DNA from: Deferrisomatales bacterium | GTDB lineage: Bacteria > Desulfobacterota > Deferrisomatia > Deferrisomatales > JACRMM01 | Assembly: GCA_033551855.1 (NCBI GenBank) | Contig: JAWSUI010000042.1 | Span: forward strand, 1 to 34,183 | Length of the DNA: 34,183 nt | Reading direction: 5' to 3' | In this document: positions 9,026 to 18,021 of the stretch, piece by piece | Numbering within the stretch: the stretch's first letter is position 1 | How the letters are laid out: each line of letters begins with the position of its first letter | Program-made: the position numbers and the translations under genes | The notes under the pieces: model-generated | Database searches by the model: none | The model's input: the letters and a program-made list of their open reading frames with translations, nothing else | Told to the model about the DNA's origin: nothing

Positions 9026-9146
9026 GGATCCACCGGCTGGTCGGCAAGCAAAGTCCGGGAGCCCCTCCGCTCCGCCCCGCAATCCGCGGCCATTCGAAGA
9101 GGTGTCCCCGTCGGTTCCGGTGCGCCGGCCTTCACCCGTTCGCGCC
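9026..9146 (-). repeat. Family A structured intergenic repeat, copy 2
   Basis: Reverse complement ggcgcgaacgggtgaaggccggcg...gccgcggattgcggggcg...ggggctcccggacttt...ggatcc matches 4881-5001. Confidence 0.85.
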
Positions 9147-9245
9147 GGGCTCGGTGGCCCGGTCGAGGCGGTGTGGGGCTGCGCTCCAAGGCTCCCCGCC
9201 CCCGCCCCGCGATGGGGCGGGGGCTTCTGGTCCTGTGCCCGCGCC

Positions 9246-9275
9246 TTGCCCGCCCGCCCGGGCCCCTGCTAAGAT
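9246..9275 (+). promoter_or_regulatory. Predicted sigma70 promoter for the aminotransferase operon
   Basis: TTGCCC-18 nt-TAAGAT with TGn extended -10. Confidence 0.5.
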
Positions 9276-9311
9276 CCGAGAATCACGCAGGGACGGTCCC
9301 CGGAGAGAGGG

Positions 9312-10505
9312 ATGATCCAGAGTCGAGAACGCCCCGGGGCCGTGTCGCGCCGTGCCCGGGAGATCCCGAGCTTCATTGCCATGGATGTGCTGGAGACCGC
9401 CCAGGCCATGGAGCGCGGGGGCCGGCAGGTCGTCCACCTGGAGGTGGGCGAGCCCGACTTCGACACCCCCGAGGCCGTGCGCCGCGCCGCGTCCGAGGCC
9501 CTGGAGCGCGGCGAGACCCACTACACCCACAGCCTGGGGCTCCACGAGCTCCGGGCGACCATCGCCGCTCACTACCAGACCCGCTACGGGGCCGACGTGG
9601 ACCCGGAGCGGGTGATCGTGACCTCCGGCTCCTCGCCGGCTCTGTTCCTGGCCTTCGCCTCCCTGCTGGACCCGGGGGACCGGGTGGTGCTCACCGACCC
9701 GCACTACGCCTCCTACCCGCCGTTCATCGAGTTCTCCGGGGGCGTGCCGGTCTACGTGCCGGTGCGGGAGGAGGAGGCCTTCCAGTTCGTGCCGGACGAG
9801 ATGGACCGGGCGCTGGCGAGCCGGCCCAAGGTGGTCCTCGTGAACTCGCCGGCCAACCCCACGGGGACCGTCATCTCGGGGGAGCGGCTGGGGGAGGTCG
9901 TGGGCCGCGCGGAACGGGCAGGGGCCTACGTGGTCTCCGACGAGATCTACCACGGTCTCGTCTACGAGGGTCGAGAGCGTTCGGTGCTCGAGTTCACGGA
10001 CCGGGCCTTCGTCGTCAACGGCTTCTCCAAGCTCTACGCGATGACCGGCTGGCGGCTCGGGTACATGATCGTGCCCCCGGAGTTCGTGCGGCCCATCCAG
10101 AAGATGCAGCAGAATTTCTACATCTCGGCCAACGCCTTCGTCCAGCGGGCCGGGATCGCCGCCCTCACGGAGACGGCCCCGGACGTGGCCCGGATGGTCG
10201 CCACCTACGACCGCCGCCGCCGGTACCTGCTCGAGCGGCTCGAGGGGATGGGGTTCACCTTTCGCTGCCACCCCACGGGGGCGTTCTACGTGTTCGTGGG
10301 CGTCTCGCACCTCACCGACGACTGCTACCGGCTCGCCTTCGACGTGCTGGAGAAGGCCCGGGTGGGGTGCACCCCGGGCGTGGACTTCGGGAGCCGGGGG
10401 GAGGGGTACCTCCGGTTCACCTACGCCAACTCCATGGAGAACATCCGGGAAGGCATGGACCGGCTGCAGGGGTACCTCGAGGCCCTGGGCCGGGCCGGGG
10501 CGTGA
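9312..10505 (+). CDS. Pyridoxal-phosphate aminotransferase class I/II (aspartate aminotransferase family)
   Basis: LEVGEPDFDTP, NSPANPTG, SDEIYHGL, GFSKLYAMTGWRLG (PLP lysine), GAFY. Confidence 0.93.
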   Translation: MIQSRERPGAVSRRAREIPSFIAMDVLETAQAMERGGRQVVHLEVGEPDFDTPEAVRRAASEALERGETHYTHSLGLHELRATIAAHYQTRYGADVDPERVIVTSGSSPALFLAFASLLDPGDRVVLTDPHYASYPPFIEFSGGVPVYVPVREEEAFQFVPDEMDRALASRPKVVLVNSPANPTGTVISGERLGEVVGRAERAGAYVVSDEIYHGLVYEGRERSVLEFTDRAFVVNGFSKLYAMTGWRLGYMIVPPEFVRPIQKMQQNFYISANAFVQRAGIAALTETAPDVARMVATYDRRRRYLLERLEGMGFTFRCHPTGAFYVFVGVSHLTDDCYRLAFDVLEKARVGCTPGVDFGSRGEGYLRFTYANSMENIREGMDRLQGYLEALGRAGA

Positions 10506-10509
10506 CGGC

Positions 10510-10968
10510 ATGATCACCTTCGACCTGGCCTGCGACGGCGGCCACCGTTTCGAGGGGTGGTTCGGGAGCGCCCGGGACTTCGAGCAGCAGATGGCCGGGG
10601 GGCTCGTGGAGTGCCCGCTGTGCGGCTCCCGCACCGTGACCAAGCAGCTCAGCCCCGTGGCCGTGCACATGAGCCGCCGCTCGGCGGCGGGGCCCGAGAG
10701 GCAGCCGGCAGGGAAGCCCCCGGCGCCGGGGAACGCGCCGCCGCCGGCCGTGCCTCCCCCCGAGGCGTTCTTCCGCGTGCTGACCCGCTTCGTGGAGTCC
10801 CACTTCGAGGACGTGGGTGCCTCCTTCGCGCAGGAGGCCCGCCGGATCGACTCCGGGGAGTCCGAGCAGCGCAACATCCGGGGATCGGCGACCCCGGAGG
10901 AGGAGGACTCCCTCCGTGAGGACGGGGTGGAGTTCTTCAAGCTCGCCTTGCCGAAGTACGATGCCTGA
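10510..10968 (+). CDS. DUF1178 family protein
   Basis: MITFDLACDGGHRFEGWFGS...CPLCGS...EDVGASFAQEARRI...RNIRGSAT..EEDSLREDG. Confidence 0.85.
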   Translation: MITFDLACDGGHRFEGWFGSARDFEQQMAGGLVECPLCGSRTVTKQLSPVAVHMSRRSAAGPERQPAGKPPAPGNAPPPAVPPPEAFFRVLTRFVESHFEDVGASFAQEARRIDSGESEQRNIRGSATPEEEDSLREDGVEFFKLALPKYDA

Positions 10969-11097
10969 GCGCCGCGATGCTCCACGGGGGCAGGCGAGGC
11001 CCCCGGTGCCCGGGGGTCCCGGGCTCTCGAAGCAGGGGCGGCTCGCCCGGGATGCCCGCGTTCCGGGGAGCACCCGCCGGCGCGGCAGAGGGCTCCC

Positions 11098-12234
11098 GTG
11101 ATCTACCTCGACAACGCCGCCAGCTCCCACCCCAAGCCTTCCTCGGTCTACGAGGCCGCGGACCGGACCCTGCGCCTCGGGGCCAACCCGGGCCGCTCGG
11201 GTCACGGCGCGGCCCTCGCGGCGGCCCGGCAGGTGCTCGAGGCCCGGGAGTCCGTGGCCCGCCTCCTGGGGGTCGGCGACGCGTCCCGTGTGGTCTTCAC
11301 CCTGAACGGGACCCACGCCCTCAACCTGGCCCTGAAGGGTGTCCTGCGCCCCGGCGACCACGCGGTCACCACGAGGATGGAGCACAACAGCGTGGTACGA
11401 CCCCTGGCGGCGCTGGAGGGTCGAGGTGTCTCCGTGACCTGGGTGGAGGCGGGGCGGGACGGGGTGGTGTCGGTCGCCGCCCTGGAGCGGGCCCTGCGGC
11501 CGGAGACCCGCGTGATCGCGCTGTGCCACGCCTCGAACGTCTCGGGCACCCTGCAGGATGCGGCTGCGGTCGGGGACCTGTGCCGCCGCCGAGGTCTGCT
11601 CTTCCTCCTGGATGCCGCCCAGACCGTGGGTTCGCTGCCCCTGGACGTCTCCGCCCTCGGCGTCCATCTCCTGGCCGCGCCGGGGCACAAGGGGCTCCTC
11701 GGACCCCAGGGAACCGGGCTGCTGTACGTCGCACCGGGCGTCGAGGTGCAGCCGCTCCTGGAGGGGGGCACCGGCAGCCGGAGCGAGGACCGCTCGATGC
11801 CGGAGGAGATGCCCGAGGCCCTGGAGGCCGGGACCCTCAACGCCTCGGGGCTCGCAGGCCTCGGGGCCGGGGCGGCCTATCTCCAGGAGAGGGGTGTGGC
11901 CTCGGTGCGCCGAGGGGAGGAGGGGATCCTCGAGTACCTCCTGCCGGAGCTCACGGCCGTCCCCGGCCTCGTGCTCTACGGTCCGCGGGAGGTCTCCCGG
12001 CGGGTGGCGGTCGTGTCCTTCAATCTGGCGGGCCGCGACGCCGCCCACGTCGGGTTCGCCCTGGACGAGCTTTACGGCATCGCGGTCCGGGTGGGGCTGC
12101 ACTGTGCCCCGGATGCCCACAAGACCTTGGGGAGTTTCCCCGCGGGCTCGGTGCGTGCGAGCTTCGGCGCCTTCAATGCCGTAGAGGATGCCGAGGGACT
12201 CGTGCGCGCCCTGCGGGAGCTGGCGGCACTGTAA
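11098..12234 (+). CDS. Aminotransferase class V / cysteine desulfurase-like protein
   Basis: IYLDNAASSHPKP, NPGRSGH, EHNSV, HASNVSG, DAAQTVG, PGHKGLLGPQGTG, RVGLHCAPDAH. Confidence 0.9.
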   Translation: MIYLDNAASSHPKPSSVYEAADRTLRLGANPGRSGHGAALAAARQVLEARESVARLLGVGDASRVVFTLNGTHALNLALKGVLRPGDHAVTTRMEHNSVVRPLAALEGRGVSVTWVEAGRDGVVSVAALERALRPETRVIALCHASNVSGTLQDAAAVGDLCRRRGLLFLLDAAQTVGSLPLDVSALGVHLLAAPGHKGLLGPQGTGLLYVAPGVEVQPLLEGGTGSRSEDRSMPEEMPEALEAGTLNASGLAGLGAGAAYLQERGVASVRRGEEGILEYLLPELTAVPGLVLYGPREVSRRVAVVSFNLAGRDAAHVGFALDELYGIAVRVGLHCAPDAHKTLGSFPAGSVRASFGAFNAVEDAEGLVRALRELAAL

Positions 12235-12285
12235 GCCCCGCCCCCGGGGCGGTTCCCGTACCGGCGCAGCGGCCGGGGAGGACCC

Positions 12286-13596
12286 ATGAAGAAGAACTAC
12301 GTCCTCGACACCAACGTGCTCCTGCACGACCCCGACGCGCTGCTCGTGTTCGACGACAACAACCTGAACATCCCCATCACGGTCATCGAAGAGATCGACC
12401 GGTTCAAGAAGAACTCGGACGAGATGGGCCGAAACGCCCGTCAGGTGTCGCGGTTCCTGGACCGGCTGCGGGTCAGCGGGGACCTGCGGGAGGGGATCCC
12501 GAACGAGAAGGGGGGGCTCGTCCGGGTCCGGTTCGGCGACGAGCACGAGGCGCGCCTGCCGCCCGAGCTCTCGGGCGGCAAGGGGGACAACCGGATCCTG
12601 GCGGTCTGCCTGGCCCTCCAGGAGCAGGAATCCCTGCCCGTGGTCTTCGTCACCAAGGACACCAACCTGCGGATCAAGGCCAACGTGCTGGGGATCCGGG
12701 CGGAGGACTACGAGCGCGGCAAGGTGCGGCTGGAGGAGCTCTACACCGGTACCGCGGAGGTCACGGTACCTCGTTCCTCCGTGGACAAGCTCTTCCGGGA
12801 GGGCGGCACCGAGGTGGACGTCCCCCTCCAGATCAACCAGTTCGTGTGCCTGCTGGACGAAGGCAGCCCCAGCCACACGGCCCTGGGGCGGTTCAAGGGC
12901 AAGGGGCGCGTGGAGCCCCTGCGCCTGCCCAAGGAGCCGATCTGGGGTGTCCAGCCCCGAAACCGGGAGCAGCGCTACGCGCTCGACGTGCTGCTGGACG
13001 ACGAGGTCAAGGTCGTGACCCTGGTGGGGAAGGCGGGCACGGGGAAGACCCTGCTGGCCATCGCCGCCGGGCTCCAGAAGGCGGTGGAGGAGCAGGTCTA
13101 CAAGCGCCTGCTGGTCTCGCGCCCGATCTTCCCCATGGGCCGGGACATCGGGTTCCTGCCGGGTGACGTGCAGGAGAAGCTCCGCCCTTGGATGCAGCCC
13201 ATCTTCGACAACGTGGACTTCCTGTTCGCCGGCTCCGAGGGGCGCGACGGGCGCAGGACCCGGGGATACCAGGAGCTCATCGACATGGACCTGATGTCGC
13301 TGGAGCCCCTGACCTACATCCGGGGGCGCTCGATCCCCTACCAGTACCTGATCGTGGACGAGGCCCAGAACCTGACGCCCCACGAGATCAAGACCATCAT
13401 CACCCGAGCGGGGGAGGGGACGAAGATCGTGCTCACCGGCGATCCGTACCAGATCGACAACCCCTACATCGACTCCACCAGCAACGGCCTCACGTACTGC
13501 GTGGAGCGGTTCAAGGGACAGGCCCTCGCGGGCCACGTGACCCTGACGAAGGGGGAGCGCAGCGCCCTCGCCGAGCTGGCGGCGAACCTGCTGTGA
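12286..13596 (+). CDS. PhoH-family ATPase with N-terminal PIN domain
   Basis: YVLDTNVLLHDP (PIN), GKAGTGKTLLA, IGFLPG, TYIRGRS, DEAQNLT, GDPYQIDNPY. Confidence 0.93.
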   Translation: MKKNYVLDTNVLLHDPDALLVFDDNNLNIPITVIEEIDRFKKNSDEMGRNARQVSRFLDRLRVSGDLREGIPNEKGGLVRVRFGDEHEARLPPELSGGKGDNRILAVCLALQEQESLPVVFVTKDTNLRIKANVLGIRAEDYERGKVRLEELYTGTAEVTVPRSSVDKLFREGGTEVDVPLQINQFVCLLDEGSPSHTALGRFKGKGRVEPLRLPKEPIWGVQPRNREQRYALDVLLDDEVKVVTLVGKAGTGKTLLAIAAGLQKAVEEQVYKRLLVSRPIFPMGRDIGFLPGDVQEKLRPWMQPIFDNVDFLFAGSEGRDGRRTRGYQELIDMDLMSLEPLTYIRGRSIPYQYLIVDEAQNLTPHEIKTIITRAGEGTKIVLTGDPYQIDNPYIDSTSNGLTYCVERFKGQALAGHVTLTKGERSALAELAANLL

Positions 13597-14621
13597 GCCG
13601 CGACACCCTGATCCTGGCCCTGGAGACCTCCTGCGACGAGACCGCCGCGGCGGTGCTCCGCGGCGAGCGCGACGTCCTGTCCGACGTCGTCGCCAGCCAG
13701 GTGGACCTCCACGCGGAGTACGGGGGTGTGGTCCCGGAGCTCGCCTGTCGTGCCCACGCGGAGGCCATCGTGCCGGTGGTGGAGCAGGCCCTGACCAAGG
13801 CGGGGGTCGACCTGGAGGCGGTCGACGCGGTGGCGGCCACCCAGGGTCCCGGCCTGGCCGGGGCGCTCCTCGTCGGCCTGTCCTTCGCCAAGTCCCTGTG
13901 TTGGGCCAAGGGGAAACCCCTGGTGCCGGTGAACCACCTGGAGGCCCACCTGGCTGCCGCCTACCTCGAGGGGGAGGTGCCGGTCCCCTTCGTGGGGCTG
14001 GTGGCCTCGGGGGGGCACACGGCCCTGTACCTCTCCGGCGCGCGGGGGGACTACCGGTCCCTCGGGCAGACCCTGGACGACGCCGCCGGCGAGGCCTTCG
14101 ACAAGGTGGCCAAGCTCCTGGGTCTGGGGTACCCCGGCGGCGTCCACATCGATCGGCTCGCGCGCCAGGGGGACCCGGGCCGCTACCCGTTTCCTCGGCC
14201 CATGCTCCAGGCGGAGCATCTGGACTTCTCGTTCTCCGGTCTCAAGACGGCGCTGCGCACTCACTGCGAGCGGCACTCGGCCGGCCTGGAAGGTCAGGAG
14301 CTCTGGGACACCTGCGCCTCGTTCCAGGAGGCGGTGGTGGAGACCCTCGTGGAGAAGACCCTGCGGGCGGCCCGGCGCCAGGGGGCGCGGTGCGTCGTGG
14401 CCTGCGGTGGGGTGGCCTGCAACAGCCGGTTGCGGCAGCGCCTGGCCGAGGCCGCCGCCGACGGCGGGGTGGCCCTGGTGATCCCGAGGCCCCGGTACTG
14501 CACCGACAACGCCGTCATGGTGGCGAGCGCCGGCCGTCACCGGTACCTCGACGGGGTTCGGGGCGGGCTCGAGATCAACGCGGTGCCCACGTGGCCCCTG
14601 GGCCGGGAGGGGGGCGGCTGA
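13593..14621 (+). CDS. tsaD: tRNA N6-adenosine threonylcarbamoyltransferase
   Basis: LALETSCDETAAAV, YGGVVPELACRAH, NHLEAH, DDAAGEAFDKVAKLLGLGYPGG, CTDNAVMV; GTGA overlap with the PhoH stop. Confidence 0.96.
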   Translation: MSRDTLILALETSCDETAAAVLRGERDVLSDVVASQVDLHAEYGGVVPELACRAHAEAIVPVVEQALTKAGVDLEAVDAVAATQGPGLAGALLVGLSFAKSLCWAKGKPLVPVNHLEAHLAAAYLEGEVPVPFVGLVASGGHTALYLSGARGDYRSLGQTLDDAAGEAFDKVAKLLGLGYPGGVHIDRLARQGDPGRYPFPRPMLQAEHLDFSFSGLKTALRTHCERHSAGLEGQELWDTCASFQEAVVETLVEKTLRAARRQGARCVVACGGVACNSRLRQRLAEAAADGGVALVIPRPRYCTDNAVMVASAGRHRYLDGVRGGLEINAVPTWPLGREGGG

Positions 14622-15511
14622 GCCCGGAAGGCGGAGGGCGAAGGCGGCCCGGCAAGGGACGGCCTCCGGGTTCGGGGACGGGAGGGGGCGACGCCCCGGG
14701 GCGGCCGCCGCGGGCTCGGAAGAGCCTGGGGCAGCATTTTCTGTCGGACCCGGGGATCCTCCGGCGAATCGTGGAGGGGGCGGGAGTCGCGGAGGGGGAG
14801 ACGGTGTTGGAGATCGGGCCCGGGCCGGGGGGGCTCACCCGGGCGCTGCTGGCCGCCGGTGCCCGTGTCTGGGCCCTGGAGGCGGATCCCCGCATGGTGG
14901 AGCACCTGGAGCGGGCAGGCCTGGAGGGGCTGCGGGTGTGGGTGGCCGACGCGCTGGAGGCCGACTACGAGGCCCTGGCCGGCGAGGCCGGCGGGCCCCT
15001 GCGCGTGGTGGCCAACCTCCCGTACAACATCTCCGGTCCCTTGCTTGCCCGGCTGCTGCGCCAGCGACGGGCCTTCACGTCCCTCACCCTGATGCTCCAG
15101 CGTGAGGTGGGGGAGCGGATCTGCGCGCCCCCGGGCACTCGCCAGAGGGGTTCCCTGAGCGTCCTGGCCCAGTGCTTCTGCCGGGTCTCCCTGCTGCTGC
15201 GGGTGTCCCCCGGGTCGTTCCGCCCACCCCCGAAGGTGGAGTCCGTCGTGGTGCGCCTGGATCGGCGGCCGGAGCCGGCGGTGGGGGACGAAGAGGCCCT
15301 GTGGACGACCGTCCGGTCCGGCTTTGGGCAGCGCCGGAAGATGCTCCGGAATTCCCTCCGGGCCCTCGCCGGGGAGGACCTGGAGGCGGTCCTGGGGCAG
15401 GCGGGCCTCACGGGGCGGGAGCGCCCCGAGGCCCTGGGGGTGGAAGACTGGGTCCGCTTGGCCGATGCTGTGGCTTCCCGGGGACGCGGCGGCCAGGGCC
15501 GGGGAGGGTGA
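14618..15511 (+). CDS. rsmA: 16S rRNA m6,2A dimethyltransferase RsmA/KsgA
   Basis: RKSLGQHFL, VLEIGPGPGGLT, VANLPYNIS, MLQREV, FRPPPKVES, QRRKML; start uncertain (CTG 14618 or GTG 14591). Confidence 0.92.
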   Translation: MSPEGGGRRRPGKGRPPGSGTGGGDAPGRPPRARKSLGQHFLSDPGILRRIVEGAGVAEGETVLEIGPGPGGLTRALLAAGARVWALEADPRMVEHLERAGLEGLRVWVADALEADYEALAGEAGGPLRVVANLPYNISGPLLARLLRQRRAFTSLTLMLQREVGERICAPPGTRQRGSLSVLAQCFCRVSLLLRVSPGSFRPPPKVESVVVRLDRRPEPAVGDEEALWTTVRSGFGQRRKMLRNSLRALAGEDLEAVLGQAGLTGRERPEALGVEDWVRLADAVASRGRGGQGRGG

Positions 15512-15512
15512 G

Positions 15513-16478
15513 GTGGCCGTCTACACCCGCCTGGAGGCGGCGGAGGTCCAGGCACTGCTGGACGCCTGCGGGGGCGGCCCCCTGGAGGGCCTGGAGCCCA
15601 TCCCCGAGGGCATCGAGAACACCACCTACCGGGTCCGGGCCGGGGGACGCCGGTTCGTGCTCACGGTGTTCGAGCGGGAGGGGCCCGAGAGGGTGGCCGC
15701 GGTCCTGGGGGCGATCGCGGCACTGTCCCGCCGCGGGGTTCCCTGCCCCGCCCCCCTGGACGGCCCTGCGGGCCCGCTTCTGTGGGTCCGGGACAAACCT
15801 GCCGCCCTGAGCCCGTTCGTCGAGGGCCGGTTCGTGGTCGCCCCCACGGAAGCCGAGTTGGAGGCCCTGGGCGCCGCCCTGGCGCGCTTTCACCTGGCCG
15901 GGCGCGACCTGGTGCTTGCCGGGGGGGAGGGGCCCCACCGGGCGGCGGTCCTCGCCCCCCTGGCCCGTCGGCTCGCCGGCCGCGTGCGCGGCGGCGACCC
16001 CGACCTGGCGGATCTGCTGGAGCAGGAGGCGGCCCACCAGGAACGGGTGCCGGAGGAGGGGCTTCCGTGGGGCCTCCTCCACGCGGACCTCTTCCTCGAC
16101 AACGTCCTCTTCGCCCCGGACCGGCTCGGGGTGGCCGCGCTGCTCGACTTCCAGATGCTCGGGACCGGGCCGTGGCTCTACGACCTGGCGGTCCTCCTCC
16201 TGGACGCCGGCTGGAAGGGGCAGGCAGTGGACGGGGACCTGGCACGCGCCCTCCTGAGGGGCTACCGGGCCCTGCGGCCCGTGGAGGGGCAGGAGTACGC
16301 GGCGTGCCGCGACTACCTGCGGCGGGCCGCCCTGCGGTTCCTCTGCCTGCGGCTGGAGCGGTTCGTGGTGGACGCGACCCCCATGGTCGCGGGGCGCGGC
16401 AAGGACCCGGCCGAGTGCGCGGGGAAGCTGAGGTCCCTGCGCCGAGACCACCCGAACGGGCGCGGAAAGGGTCTGTGA
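15513..16478 (+). CDS. thrB: Homoserine kinase type II (APH/phosphotransferase fold)
   Basis: MAVYT, PIPEGIENTTY, FVLTVFE, LARFHLAG, LLHADLFLDNVLF, ALRFLCLRL, KDPAE. Confidence 0.85.
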   Translation: MAVYTRLEAAEVQALLDACGGGPLEGLEPIPEGIENTTYRVRAGGRRFVLTVFEREGPERVAAVLGAIAALSRRGVPCPAPLDGPAGPLLWVRDKPAALSPFVEGRFVVAPTEAELEALGAALARFHLAGRDLVLAGGEGPHRAAVLAPLARRLAGRVRGGDPDLADLLEQEAAHQERVPEEGLPWGLLHADLFLDNVLFAPDRLGVAALLDFQMLGTGPWLYDLAVLLLDAGWKGQAVDGDLARALLRGYRALRPVEGQEYAACRDYLRRAALRFLCLRLERFVVDATPMVAGRGKDPAECAGKLRSLRRDHPNGRGKGL

Positions 16479-16611
16479 AAGCATGGTCGCGAGCAGACCG
16501 GAGCACAGGCGCGCGTGAGCGAACGGCTAGACGTGTCGAGTAGATGGGCGAGAGGTGCGGGAATGCGCAACGAAGAAACCCGGTCGCGCGGCAGCTTGGT
16601 TCACGGGGTCT
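16469..16611 (+). mobile_element. Family B MITE-like structured repeat; supplies the thrB stop codon
   Basis: Imperfect ends GGGTCTGTGAA...TTCACGGGG, internal GACCGG/CCGGTC stem; core gcgaacg..agac..gtaga..ggcgag...aacgaag..ccggtcgcgc...ttcac is shared with 21166-21277 and 23004-23117. Confidence 0.65.
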
Positions 16612-16623
16612 GAGGGGGTCTCC

Positions 16624-17277
16624 GTGAGGGGACACCCCCTGGACCAGGATCTCCTGACCCGCGTGCAGCAAGGGGCCGCCCACGCCAGCCGGGTGTGGGA
16701 GCCCGACGCCGTGGGGGTGGTGCTCGGGAGGGGCAGCCGCGCGGAGAGCGAGGTGGACGCCGCGGCCTGCGAGGCCGACGGCGTCCCCTTGTTGCGCCGC
16801 CGCGGGGGCGGTGGGGCGGTGGTCCTGGGACCGGGATGCCTGGTTGCCAGCCTGGCCCGGCGGGTCTCCAACCCCCTGGCCGTGGAGAGGCACCTGGGGG
16901 AGGCGGCCGACCTCCTCGCCCTGGCCCTGGCCCGGGCCGGCGGCGTGCCCCTGGTCCGGCGGGGTAGCGGGGACCTGTGCCATGGGGACCGCAAGGTGGT
17001 GGGGTCCAGCGCCTTCTGCGGCCGGGGGGTCTTCTTCTACCAGGCGAGCCTGCTGGTGGACCTCGACCTGTCCCTGGTGGACCGGTATCTGCCCCACCCG
17101 AGCCGCGAGCCTGCCTACCGGCAGGGACGCCCGCACCGGGAGTTCCTCACCACCCTGCGCCGGGCCGGGTTCCAGGGTTCTTCCCGGTCCCTCGCCGAAC
17201 AGCTGGGCGCCGCCCTCCGCGAGGCGCTCGCCGGCGCGGGCACGGGGTTTGTCACCCGGGCAGGGCTTGGCGTATAA
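16624..17277 (+). CDS. Lipoate-protein ligase family (BPL/LPL catalytic domain only)
   Basis: VVLGRGS, LLRRRGGGGAVVLGPGCL, GDLCHGDRKVVGSS, HPSREPAYRQGRPHREFLT; start GTG 16624 inferred. Confidence 0.82.
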   Translation: MRGHPLDQDLLTRVQQGAAHASRVWEPDAVGVVLGRGSRAESEVDAAACEADGVPLLRRRGGGGAVVLGPGCLVASLARRVSNPLAVERHLGEAADLLALALARAGGVPLVRRGSGDLCHGDRKVVGSSAFCGRGVFFYQASLLVDLDLSLVDRYLPHPSREPAYRQGRPHREFLTTLRRAGFQGSSRSLAEQLGAALREALAGAGTGFVTRAGLGV

Positions 17278-17377
17278 ACACCTGCCGGCGGCGGGGGACG
17301 GCCGGATTCGGCGGGGTTTCCCGGGCGCACCGGCTCGGGGCGCCCGCGGTGCAGGTCTGCGGTGAGGAGGAGGCGCG

Positions 17378-17797
17378 ATGGGCCGACGGTGGCTCCTACT
17401 GGCGGCGGCGGTAGCCCTGTGGGGGTGCGGCGGGTCCGGGGAGTCGCCGTCCGCGGCGGCGCCTGGGCCCGGGGCGCCGTCGGTCGGCGGCTTCGCCGCC
17501 ATCGAGGCGGAGATCCTGGTTCCCCGCTGTTCGGCCGTCGGCTGCCACGGCGGGGCGAGGCCGGCGGGGCAGTTGGACCTGTCCGCCGGGAGGTCCCACG
17601 GGGAGCTCGTGGGCGTGGCCTCCGCCCGCAGGCCGGAGCGGTTGCTGGTGGCGCCGGGGAACCCCGACGGGAGCTATCTCCTGGAGCGGTTGGCGCCCGG
17701 GGGCGACACCCCCCTCATGCCCCTCGGGGCGCCGCGGCTCTCGGAAGAGGAGCTCGAGAGGCTCCGGGAGTGGATTCGGGAAGGGGCCCACCCGTGA
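17378..17797 (+). CDS. Lipoprotein with a single c-type cytochrome domain (CX4CH)
   Basis: Lipobox ALWG-C; CSAVGCHG; VAPGNPDGSYL; PLMP; LREWIREGA; strong SD GAGGAGG. Confidence 0.78.
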   Translation: MGRRWLLLAAAVALWGCGGSGESPSAAAPGPGAPSVGGFAAIEAEILVPRCSAVGCHGGARPAGQLDLSAGRSHGELVGVASARRPERLLVAPGNPDGSYLLERLAPGGDTPLMPLGAPRLSEEELERLREWIREGAHP

Positions 17798-17911
17798 GAG
17801 TTTGTGAATGAATCGGGTTCCATTCCGGATCGTGGGTTCCTGCCCCCGCGGATCTCTTCCGGGTGGCCGAGCGCCCAGTGAGTCCTCCGGGGCGCACGGG
17901 GACCCGGGCTT

Positions 17912-17943
17912 CCTTCCCCTTCACGGGGAGGGCGAGGGTGGGG
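17912..17943 (+). repeat. REP-like palindromic repeat (CCTTCCCC-loop-GGGGAGGG-GGGTGGGG) between convergent genes
   Basis: Hairpin ccttcccc ttcac ggggaggg followed by a G-rich tail. Confidence 0.45.
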
Positions 17944-18021
17944 ACGGGTCGTCTTTCGGGCGGCGCCTGACCCGGGGGATGCCTCATCGGTGAGCCGGGG
18001 TCGCGGGCCGCCCGTCCCGGG

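Noticed and set aside
10417..13536. 1039-aa minus-strand ORF and the many other long overlapping ORFs (e.g. 8597-10513, 10977-13166, 30602-33133)
   Set aside because: Antisense or off-frame shadows of real genes in a very GC-rich sequence; Arg/Pro/Gly-rich with no motifs
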